DNA of 38,710 nt, from positions 1-38,710 of the IMG/VR virus record IMGVR_UViG_3300044260_000033; one strand, written 5' to 3'. The translations under genes and the position numbers were made by a program. This document shows, one piece after another, positions 16,804 to 24,271 of the stretch. Numbering within the stretch: the first letter of the stretch is position 1; every line of letters starts with the position of its first letter. Origin of the DNA: a virus (lineage: Duplodnaviria > Caudoviricetes). The notes beneath the pieces were generated by a model, which had not been told where the DNA came from, made no database searches, and saw nothing but the letters and a program-made list of their open reading frames with translations.

Positions 16804-16936
16804 GAGCGGACGGGTTGCCTGACTAGCCGAAGCGAGGTGGTCGGGTACTCGTCTCCCCGGCCTCGGCCCGTCCGCTCAACCTCCCTCAGAGACCGGCTCC
16901 CAATGCGGCAAGGCACCGGGAGCCGGTCTCGTGTGT
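16804..16936 (+). ncRNA. Candidate structured small RNA or leader with an anti-RBS loop
   Basis: 11-bp stem 16804-16814 / 16867-16877; inner stem presenting CTCGTCTCC (16848-16856); linker AACCTCCCT; 13-bp stem 16889-16901 / 16918-16930. Confidence 0.55.
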
Positions 16937-17003
16937 ACGCTGGCGCGGTGCGCTAGACTCGGGAGCCGTGGGGACCGACGAGCACCTACGGAGACGAGCC
17001 GAC

Positions 17004-17246
17004 GTGACAGACCAGCCCGGACCATCCTCTCCCAGCCACCGTCGCTGGGACGACGGCTCGGGGCCGGCCATCTCGATCCGCCAGATGGTCATGGACCACG
17101 ACGAGGCCATCGACGACCTGCTCATCTGGAAGGCCGAGCTGCGCGGAGCGTTCCGGCTGATGACCCTCGTGATGGGCACGTCGCTCATCTCGCTCGTCGT
17201 CTCGGTCGTGACCATCATCGCGCTGATCGCGGAGCACAAGCCGTGA
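17004..17246 (+). CDS. Small membrane protein (coiled coil plus C-terminal TM), lysis-module associated
   Basis: GGAGACGAG at 16990-16998, then GTG 17004; hydrophobic C-terminus. Confidence 0.6.
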   Translation: MTDQPGPSSPSHRRWDDGSGPAISIRQMVMDHDEAIDDLLIWKAELRGAFRLMTLVMGTSLISLVVSVVTIIALIAEHKP

Positions 17247-17350
17247 CTCCGTCGCGCCGGCTGGAGCTGCTGGTCTACCTCGCGATCGTCATCGCGGTCG
17301 TGACGCTCTCGCTCCAGCTGCTCCACCTGATCCTCCACCTGGGAGCCTGA
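17243..17350 (+). CDS. 35-aa transmembrane peptide
   Basis: GTGA overlap; RRLELLVYLAIVIAVVTLSLQLLHLILHLGA. Confidence 0.5.
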   Translation: MTPSRRLELLVYLAIVIAVVTLSLQLLHLILHLGA

Positions 17351-17353
17351 GCG

Positions 17354-17884
17354 ATGCCGATCGTTATCCGGGACGAGACCCACTTCGCACCGTACGACGA
17401 CCCGGCGCAGGTCATCGTCGACCTCGCCGACTCGGCGACCAAGAGCATCCACATCGACATCTACGGGTTCACCTACGCTCCGCTGATGGACGCGCTGATC
17501 GCCGCCCACCAGCACGGCGTCGCGGTCAACATCGTCGCCGACCACACGCAGGCGGCCGGTCCCGCGGAGCGCGTGCAGCTGCAGCGGCTCGTCGACGCCG
17601 GGATCGACGTTCTCGTCGGGACCTCGAGCCGCGGAGCGATCGACCACTCCAAGTACATCATCATCGACGCCGAGCTGGGACCGTCCGACCCGCTCGCGTG
17701 CGTCGGGTTCGGCTCGTTCAACTTCAGCGAGAGCGCGAGAGCGCAGGACAACACGTTCTCGGTCCGGAACGACGGCGGGCTGGTCGCCGCGTTCCTCGCC
17801 AACTGGCAGCGCGTCCACGACGACGCGTTCGACAAGCATCCGGAGTGGCAGGTCACTCCGAGCATCGGAGGGAGCGGATCATGA
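17354..17884 (+). CDS. Phospholipase D superfamily protein (single HKD, Nuc/Zucchini-like)
   Basis: LADSATKSIHIDIYGFT, HSKYIIID (HxK-x4-D), GSFNFS. Confidence 0.85.
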   Translation: MPIVIRDETHFAPYDDPAQVIVDLADSATKSIHIDIYGFTYAPLMDALIAAHQHGVAVNIVADHTQAAGPAERVQLQRLVDAGIDVLVGTSSRGAIDHSKYIIIDAELGPSDPLACVGFGSFNFSESARAQDNTFSVRNDGGLVAAFLANWQRVHDDAFDKHPEWQVTPSIGGSGS

Positions 17885-18681
17885 CGCTGCTGAACGGGCT
17901 CGACGTCTCCAACTACCAGAACGGGACGCCGTCGCTCGCCGGCCAGTCGTTCCTGATCGCCAAGGCGACAGAGGGGCTGACCTACGCGGACCCGACGTAC
18001 CACGAGCACACCGCGGCAGCGGTCGCGGCCGGGAGGCGCCACGGCGCGTACCACTTCGGCCACTCGGGGCTCGACCCGGTCGCGCAGGCCGCGTACCTCG
18101 TCGCGCACGCGCCGGACGCGCAGTTCTACGCGCTCGACTCGGAGGGCGCGACGCGGATGACGCCGGCCGAGGAGACCGCGTTCTTCGCCGCGCTCGGCAA
18201 GGACAAGCCCGGCGTCAAGCGGCTCCTGTATGAGTCGCTCTCGGGGTTCGACCGGCAGGTCGGTCAGGACGCCAACTGGGTCGCAGACTGGGGCAACACG
18301 CCTCCCAACATCCCGTTCGCGTTCTGGCAGTACACGTCGAACGGCTCGATGCAGGGATACGCCGGCCGGCTCGACCTCGACCACTTTAACGGCGACCAGG
18401 CCGCGCTCGACGCGTTCTGCAACGTCGCACCGCCGCATCAGTGGCAGCTCCACATCGCGGCCGGGACCAAGGTGGTCTACTACGTCTCGGCGTTCGGAGC
18501 CGGCGGATGCATCGCCGGCTGGACGTCCCGCTCTTGGCAGGGCAACGCCAGCTCGGCGCCCTGTCGCGCACCCGTCGTCCGGCCCGGATGCTCGTCCGGC
18601 TCGGCCAAGGTCGCGTACGTGACGGCTGGCGTCTTCGCTGGCAAGTTCGTCCGGCTCTCGGGCGGCGTCAGCGCATCGTGA
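17881..18681 (+). CDS. GH25 muramidase endolysin
   Basis: GLDVSNYQ, IAKATEG, GAYHF, ALDSE, WVADW, FWQYTS, LDLD. Confidence 0.9.
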   Translation: MTLLNGLDVSNYQNGTPSLAGQSFLIAKATEGLTYADPTYHEHTAAAVAAGRRHGAYHFGHSGLDPVAQAAYLVAHAPDAQFYALDSEGATRMTPAEETAFFAALGKDKPGVKRLLYESLSGFDRQVGQDANWVADWGNTPPNIPFAFWQYTSNGSMQGYAGRLDLDHFNGDQAALDAFCNVAPPHQWQLHIAAGTKVVYYVSAFGAGGCIAGWTSRSWQGNASSAPCRAPVVRPGCSSGSAKVAYVTAGVFAGKFVRLSGGVSAS

Positions 18682-18691
18682 GGAGGGTCTC

Positions 18692-19021
18692 GTGACCGTA
18701 ACCGTCCCGGACTTCAGCGCGCTGCAGCCGGTCCAGTTCCTGATCATCCTGGTCATCGTCGCGCTCGTCGACTTCGCGACCGCCGTGCTCGGAGCCATCC
18801 GGGACAAGACGTTCGCCTGGGACCAGCTCGTCGTGATCGCGCAGTCGCACGGCGTCAACCGCATCCTGCCGATCGGCGGCCTGTTCGCAGTCGGCGTCGT
18901 ATCGGCGACCGCGTCGCTCTGCTACCTCGCCGACGCGCTGCTCGCGGCGTACGTCGTCGAGACGCTGATCAGCGTCAACGGGAACATCTCGCGACCGGCG
19001 CCGACACCGCCGGCGCCCTGA
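18692..19021 (+). CDS. Holin
   Basis: Two to three TM segments directly after the endolysin; VALVDFATAVLGAIRDKTF. Confidence 0.65.
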   Translation: MTVTVPDFSALQPVQFLIILVIVALVDFATAVLGAIRDKTFAWDQLVVIAQSHGVNRILPIGGLFAVGVVSATASLCYLADALLAAYVVETLISVNGNISRPAPTPPAP

Positions 19022-19068
19022 TGCCGCCGGTCCATCGTCCCCACTACCGCTCACCGGAGGAACAGCTC

Positions 19069-19305
19069 GTGGCATCTCTCGACGCTCTGACCGCGGCCGT
19101 GACGCAGCTCGGCGCGGACATCACCAAGGAAGCGACCGACGTCACGAACGCGATCGCCGCGCTCCAGGCGACCATCGCCGGCCTCCAGGCCGGGACGATC
19201 ACGCAGGCGCAGGTCGACGCGCTCACGACGCAGGTCACGGCCGCCGACGCGGCGGTCAACGCGCTCGACGCGAGCCTGCCGCCGGCGGCCGCTCCCGCGC
19301 CATGA
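19069..19305 (+). CDS. Small Ala/Thr-rich coiled-coil protein
   Basis: GGAGGA RBS then GTG 19069 (upstream ATG 19021 is an alternative); heptad pattern. Confidence 0.55.
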   Translation: MASLDALTAAVTQLGADITKEATDVTNAIAALQATIAGLQAGTITQAQVDALTTQVTAADAAVNALDASLPPAAAPAP

Positions 19306-19493
19306 GCCGGCGCAAGCACCGTCCGTCGAAGGCGTCCCGTCCGGCGAGCCGGCGCTACATCGACTCGGCCATGCGGCGTCTCCGGGACGACGTCGTCCGA
19401 GCCGTCCTCTGGGCCGGTCGCCCGGACGTCGTCGAGCAGATGACGCAGGAGCAGATCGAGCGCCGGCTACGCGGCTATGGTCGCGGCCGGTAG
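19302..19493 (+). CDS. Small basic protein
   Basis: ATGA overlap; Arg-rich. Confidence 0.45.
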   Translation: MSRRKHRPSKASRPASRRYIDSAMRRLRDDVVRAVLWAGRPDVVEQMTQEQIERRLRGYGRGR

Positions 19494-21474
19494 CGTCGTC
19501 CGTCCTACTCGCGCGCCGGGGCAGGTCGCTCCCGGCGCGCGGGAGCGCGCTCGCGGCTCGTCGGCTCGGCGCGGCTACGGTCGGGGCTGGCGCGCGGTAC
19601 GGCGCAACCACCTGCTCGACGAGCCGCTCTGCCGTAGCTGCGGCGCTCTCGGCGCTCACGTGGACCACATCGTGGAGCGGCGGGACGGCGGGACGGACGA
19701 CGAGTCGAACCTGCAGACCCTCTGCAGCTCCTGCCACTCCCGCAAGACCCTCAAGCGGACGCGGGCCGGCCGGAAGTCGGCGCACAATACCAAACCGGCG
19801 CCGGCCGGAGACCGTTACGCTCGTTTCCGCGAGAGACACCTGCAGGTTTCTCAGCCCCCCTCGGCGGTGGCGGCCGGACCGCAGCAGATCACGGGTACGA
19901 CGCCGGAGCAGCTCACCCTCGTCCCCACCCGGTCTCCGCTCCGGCCGTTCACGATGCGGCACTGGCGGCGGTGGACGTCCGACCTGATCCTCGACAACGG
20001 CGAGTCGTGGCACCCGGAGGGCTTCCAGGACGCGTTCGTCGAGGACGTGTTCTCCGGCGTCAAGGAGGCGTGGCTGGTCGTCCCGGAGGGGAACGGCAAG
20101 TCGACCCTGCTGAGCGGGCTCGGGCTCTACCACACGGAGCACCGGCCGCACGCGTCGGTCCCGATCGCCGCGTCGAGCCGGGAGCAGGCGGAGATCATGT
20201 ACCGGCAGGCCGAGGGTTTCGTGCTCCGGTCGGACCGGCTCCACCGGACGGTCCGGAGCGACCTGCAGGCGGCCAAGGGCAAGCGGAAGCTCGACGTCCC
20301 GCTGTTCGTCTGCCTGGAGGGCTATCGCCGGATCAACCACGCGGAGGGCGGCCGCATCCAGGTGTTCGCCGCGGACGACCGGACCGGCGACGGGATCATC
20401 CCGACGCTCGGGCTGCTCGACGAGCTGCACCGCCACCGGGACCTCGGCCTGTACCGGACGTGGGCCGGCAAGCTGCTGAAGCGCGACGGCCAGGTGGTCG
20501 GCATCTCGACCGCCGGCGAGCCGGGAAGCGACTTCGAGCAGACGCGCGAGGCCATCAGGCGCCGGAGCACGGCCGTCGAGTCTCGGGGGTTCTTCACCCG
20601 CTACGCAGGCTCCGGCGTCGTGCTACACGAGTGGATGGTCCCGGCCGACGTCGAGCCGGACGACTTCCGGGCGGTCAAGCGCGCGAATCCGCTCCGGAGC
20701 ATCACGGTCCCGGACCTCCGCGAGAAGTTCAACAGCCCGACGATGACGCTCCCGCACTGGTCCCGGTTCGTGATGAACCGGCCGACGCGCTCGTCGACCG
20801 CGGCGATCGAGGACCGTGAGTGGGCGCTCGCGGCGACCGACGAGGTCATCCCGGAGGGCGAGCCGGTCTGGCTCGGTCTCGACGTCGCGTGGAAGTGGGA
20901 CACGACCGCGCTCGTCCCGCTCTGGTGGGCGTCGCCGGAGCACCGGCTTCTCGGGCCGGCGACGATCCTGACCCCGCCGCGCGACGGCTCGTCGCTCGAC
21001 CCCGACCTCGTCGAGGCGGCCCTACTCGCGGTCCACGCGCGGAACCCGGTCCACACGGTGGTGATGGACACGACGCGAGCCGAGCAGCTGGCGACCTGGA
21101 TCGCGCGGACGCTCGGCGCGACCGTCGTCGACCGGCCGCAGACGTCGCTCTGGGCGGCCGCCGACTACGCGTCGTTCACGGAGGCGCTCCGCTCCGGCTG
21201 GCTCCGGCACTCCGGCGACGCCGGCCTGACCAAGCACGTCCTGAACGCGATCGCCAAGCCGCTCCCGGACGGCCGCCTGCGGTTCGACCGGCCGGCCGAC
21301 AACCGCGTCGCCGGCGCCGAGCAGGAGCGGCGAGTCATCGACGCGCTGACGGCGGCCGCGATGGTCCACTCGGTCGCCGCAGAACCCGCCGAAGAGCCCG
21401 AGCCTACACCTGGACTCCTCGCGTATTATGAGGCGCAGATCGCGGCCGCCACTGCCGCGGCGAGCGGAGCCTGA
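19477..21474 (+). CDS. terL: Terminase large subunit with in-frame N-terminal HNH endonuclease
   Basis: RGYGRGW...PLCRSC...VDHI...NLQTLCSSCHSRKT (HNH); VPEGNGKST, LLDELH, ISTAG, ANP, LGLDVA..WDTTA, IDALTA (TerL). Confidence 0.88.
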   Translation: MVAAGSVVRPTRAPGQVAPGARERARGSSARRGYGRGWRAVRRNHLLDEPLCRSCGALGAHVDHIVERRDGGTDDESNLQTLCSSCHSRKTLKRTRAGRKSAHNTKPAPAGDRYARFRERHLQVSQPPSAVAAGPQQITGTTPEQLTLVPTRSPLRPFTMRHWRRWTSDLILDNGESWHPEGFQDAFVEDVFSGVKEAWLVVPEGNGKSTLLSGLGLYHTEHRPHASVPIAASSREQAEIMYRQAEGFVLRSDRLHRTVRSDLQAAKGKRKLDVPLFVCLEGYRRINHAEGGRIQVFAADDRTGDGIIPTLGLLDELHRHRDLGLYRTWAGKLLKRDGQVVGISTAGEPGSDFEQTREAIRRRSTAVESRGFFTRYAGSGVVLHEWMVPADVEPDDFRAVKRANPLRSITVPDLREKFNSPTMTLPHWSRFVMNRPTRSSTAAIEDREWALAATDEVIPEGEPVWLGLDVAWKWDTTALVPLWWASPEHRLLGPATILTPPRDGSSLDPDLVEAALLAVHARNPVHTVVMDTTRAEQLATWIARTLGATVVDRPQTSLWAAADYASFTEALRSGWLRHSGDAGLTKHVLNAIAKPLPDGRLRFDRPADNRVAGAEQERRVIDALTAAAMVHSVAAEPAEEPEPTPGLLAYYEAQIAAATAAASGA

Positions 21475-23705
21475 TGGACGCCCTAGACATCCCGACGTTC
21501 ATCCGCAGACCGGAGCTGCTCAAGGCCTCATCGTCACCGCTCGCCCCGGCGGTCCTCCCTCCGCCCCCGACTCGGGTGGCCAACTCGTGGGACGCGGTCC
21601 GGACGACGGACCTGACGGCGCTCGCGCAGCGGGTGATCAACGAGGACCTCGGCCCCGGCGTCCCGATCACCCCGGTCCACCCCGAGAAGACCGAGCCGCG
21701 GCTGTTCGACTACACGCCCGGCTACAACATCGCCATCACCCCGCGGACCTTCGAGGACCTCACGTTCGCGACGCTCCGCGGTCTCGCCCGCTCGTGGGAC
21801 GTCGCGGCGCTCTGCATCCAGCGGAACATCGACGACCTCCGGCAGCTCCACTGGGAGATGCGGCCCAAGGCCGTGCCGGGGATGGACCGCGGCGCGGTCC
21901 GGGACCGGAAGCGGCGCCTGGAGGCGACGCGGGCCGAGGCCGAGGGGTTCTGGTATACGCCGGACCAGGAGCACAGCTGGTCGGGCTGGGTCGCGATGTA
22001 CTTCAAGGACCTCTACGAGGTCGACGCGTCGACCATCTACCTCCGCAAGCGGCTCGACGGCACGCTCTACGCGGCGCAGCTCGTCGACGGGACGACGATT
22101 GCCCCGCTCGTCGACGAGCGCGGCCGGCCGCCGGTGCCGCCGGAGCCGGCATACCGGCAGATCATCCGCGGGATGCCGTGGACGATGTACGCGAACGACC
22201 TCCAGCTGCCGCCGGACGAGCGCAAGCTGTCGTTCGACAAGATGCAGATGGTGTACGAGCCGTTCTGGCCGCGGACCGACTCTCCGTACGGCCATCCGCC
22301 GATGGAGTGGGTGATCCTGACCGTCCAGCGCGCTCTCGCGCGGCAGGTGCTCGACTTCCGGCTGTTCAACGACGGGACGACGTCGTACGACTACTGGAAG
22401 ATGCCGTCCGACTGGACCGAGGGGCAGATCAGCTCGCTGCAGGCGGCGTACGACAAGCTGATGAGCCTCCCGATCAAGCGCGCTGGGCTCCGGTTCATGC
22501 CCGGCGGCCAGAACAGCGGCATCGAGCACGGGTTCATGGAGCCGAAGACCGAGGGCGAGGAGTTCCTCCTGCACGTCGGCTGCGCGGCGTTCAACCGCTC
22601 GCCGATGGAGATGGGGTTCATCCGGTCGTCCGGCGGCGCCGGGCTCGGCGGCAAGAGCGTCGCGCAGGAGCAGGGCAAGGCGGCCAACAAGGGGGTCCGC
22701 GCGGCCGCGTTCCACCTGAAGGGCATCGTCGACCGCATCACCGCCCGGTACTTCTCGGATGAGCTGGAGCTGGTGTTCCCGGAGCTGGAGGACGTCGAGG
22801 ACGCGGAGCTGCGCGCGAAGGCCGAGGACATCCGGCTCCGGAACGGCTCCGTGAGCATCGACGAGGTCCGGCTCGACCGGGACATGGACCCGATCGGTCC
22901 GGCCGACAAGCCGGGCAACATGATCTACCTCGGGACGAACCCGCCGGTGTCCGCGCTCGACGCGATCGAGGGCCAGCTGGCGCCGGCGATGCCGGCCGGC
23001 GGGAACCCGCCGAGCCCGACGGCGGTCCCCGGGCAGGCGACGTCGGAGACGCCGGTGTCCAAGGTCTGGGACCACCTCCCGGACCTGGAGTCGTTCGCCA
23101 AGGCACTCGGCGGCAAGCGGCTCGACTTCAAGGGCGACCTCGCGACGGTCGTTCACCGATACCTGCTCCGGTCGTACCCGGCGAAGGACGTCGAGTGGGT
23201 GCTGGACCCGTCCGTCCACTGGTCGTACGAGCCGACGGTCAAGCTGTCCGACATCAACATGGCACGGCGTCCCGGCGGCCGGAACGAGGAGAAGGTCAAC
23301 AGCATCGCGTCCATCGTCGAGGACGGCGCGTCGCTCGACCCGCTCGTGCTCGTCGACGCCGGCGACCCGGCCGGCTACACGATCGCCGACGGCTACCACC
23401 GGACGCTCGGCGTCGAGCACGCCGGGAAGGACGCGGTCCCGGCGTTCATCGCGACCGGCGTCGACCCGGAGATGGTCCGGACGATCAGCGGCCCGATGCA
23501 GGCCGACTCGGCGAGCATCCAGAAGGCCGACCTCGCGCGCTGGCGGCGCAAGTCGCTCGCGTCGCTCCGGCGCGGCCGCGGGGCCGCGGTCCCGTTCGCC
23601 TCCGAGGCGATCCCGCCGGCGACGGTCACGGCGCTCTCCGCGGCGCTCGCGGTCGCTCCAACCCCGACCGCGGTCCGCGCGGTGTTCGACGTACTGGGAG
23701 ACTGA
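21474..23705 (+). CDS. Portal protein with C-terminal ParB/Srx-like domain
   Basis: Follows TerL; LVDGTTIAPLVDERG, AYRQIIRG, SPYGHPPME, SIDEVR; C-terminal DPLVLVD...IADGYHRT. Confidence 0.8.
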   Translation: MDALDIPTFIRRPELLKASSSPLAPAVLPPPPTRVANSWDAVRTTDLTALAQRVINEDLGPGVPITPVHPEKTEPRLFDYTPGYNIAITPRTFEDLTFATLRGLARSWDVAALCIQRNIDDLRQLHWEMRPKAVPGMDRGAVRDRKRRLEATRAEAEGFWYTPDQEHSWSGWVAMYFKDLYEVDASTIYLRKRLDGTLYAAQLVDGTTIAPLVDERGRPPVPPEPAYRQIIRGMPWTMYANDLQLPPDERKLSFDKMQMVYEPFWPRTDSPYGHPPMEWVILTVQRALARQVLDFRLFNDGTTSYDYWKMPSDWTEGQISSLQAAYDKLMSLPIKRAGLRFMPGGQNSGIEHGFMEPKTEGEEFLLHVGCAAFNRSPMEMGFIRSSGGAGLGGKSVAQEQGKAANKGVRAAAFHLKGIVDRITARYFSDELELVFPELEDVEDAELRAKAEDIRLRNGSVSIDEVRLDRDMDPIGPADKPGNMIYLGTNPPVSALDAIEGQLAPAMPAGGNPPSPTAVPGQATSETPVSKVWDHLPDLESFAKALGGKRLDFKGDLATVVHRYLLRSYPAKDVEWVLDPSVHWSYEPTVKLSDINMARRPGGRNEEKVNSIASIVEDGASLDPLVLVDAGDPAGYTIADGYHRTLGVEHAGKDAVPAFIATGVDPEMVRTISGPMQADSASIQKADLARWRRKSLASLRRGRGAAVPFASEAIPPATVTALSAALAVAPTPTAVRAVFDVLGD

Positions 23706-23707
23706 CG

Positions 23708-24271
23708 ATGGCATACGGACCGCTCCCGATCGAGGCGACCGAGGTCCAGACGCAGACGCTCGACGACGTCCACGCGGCGACGACGTCGCCGACCGGCTCC
23801 GTGAGCGCGCTGCTCCCGACCGCGGCTGAGAAGGCGGCGCTCGACGCGGCCGTGGCGCCGGCGGCCGGCAACGCGTTCGCGACGCTCGACGACCTGGAGT
23901 CGATGCTCTACACCGGCACGTACGCGTTCGCGAAGGGAGCCGCCAACCACTCCGTCGTGACCATCCAGGTGCAGGACCGGCACGGCGTGAACCTGACCAA
24001 GCCGACGATGGCGATGGTCTGGCTCTCCGACGCGGCGTCCGGCGCCGGGCTCGCGGCGGTCGACCCGACGACGTTCACGATCACGACGGGGTCCGAGCTG
24101 ATCGACCCGGCGACGGTCAAGAGCGCGATGATCATCCAGACCGACGCGACCGGCAAGGCCGTGGTCGACATCCAGAGCGTCGCGAAGACGCTGTACTACG
24201 TCGCGCTGCAGGAGTTCGGCGGCGACGACGCGCACGTCTCGCGCAAGATGGTGTCGGGGGACTACGGATGA
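23708..24271 (+). CDS. Hypothetical virion-associated protein
   Basis: GGGAG RBS; beta-rich; lies between portal and protease. Confidence 0.6.
   Translation: MAYGPLPIEATEVQTQTLDDVHAATTSPTGSVSALLPTAAEKAALDAAVAPAAGNAFATLDDLESMLYTGTYAFAKGAANHSVVTIQVQDRHGVNLTKPTMAMVWLSDAASGAGLAAVDPTTFTITTGSELIDPATVKSAMIIQTDATGKAVVDIQSVAKTLYYVALQEFGGDDAHVSRKMVSGDYG

Noticed and set aside
16804-16936. tRNA or a known riboswitch
   Set aside because: No cloverleaf, T-loop or CCA end, and no aptamer consensus that I recognise; an Rfam search would be needed to exclude known families
16931-16960. Late promoter with -10 TAGACT at 16954-16959
   Set aside because: Plausible position, but no -35 and no second copy to support it; too weak to list as a feature
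2145-16998. GGAGACGAG or promoter repeats as a CRISPR array or att sites
   Set aside because: Dispersed, tied to start codons, no regular spacers, no cas genes and no integrase
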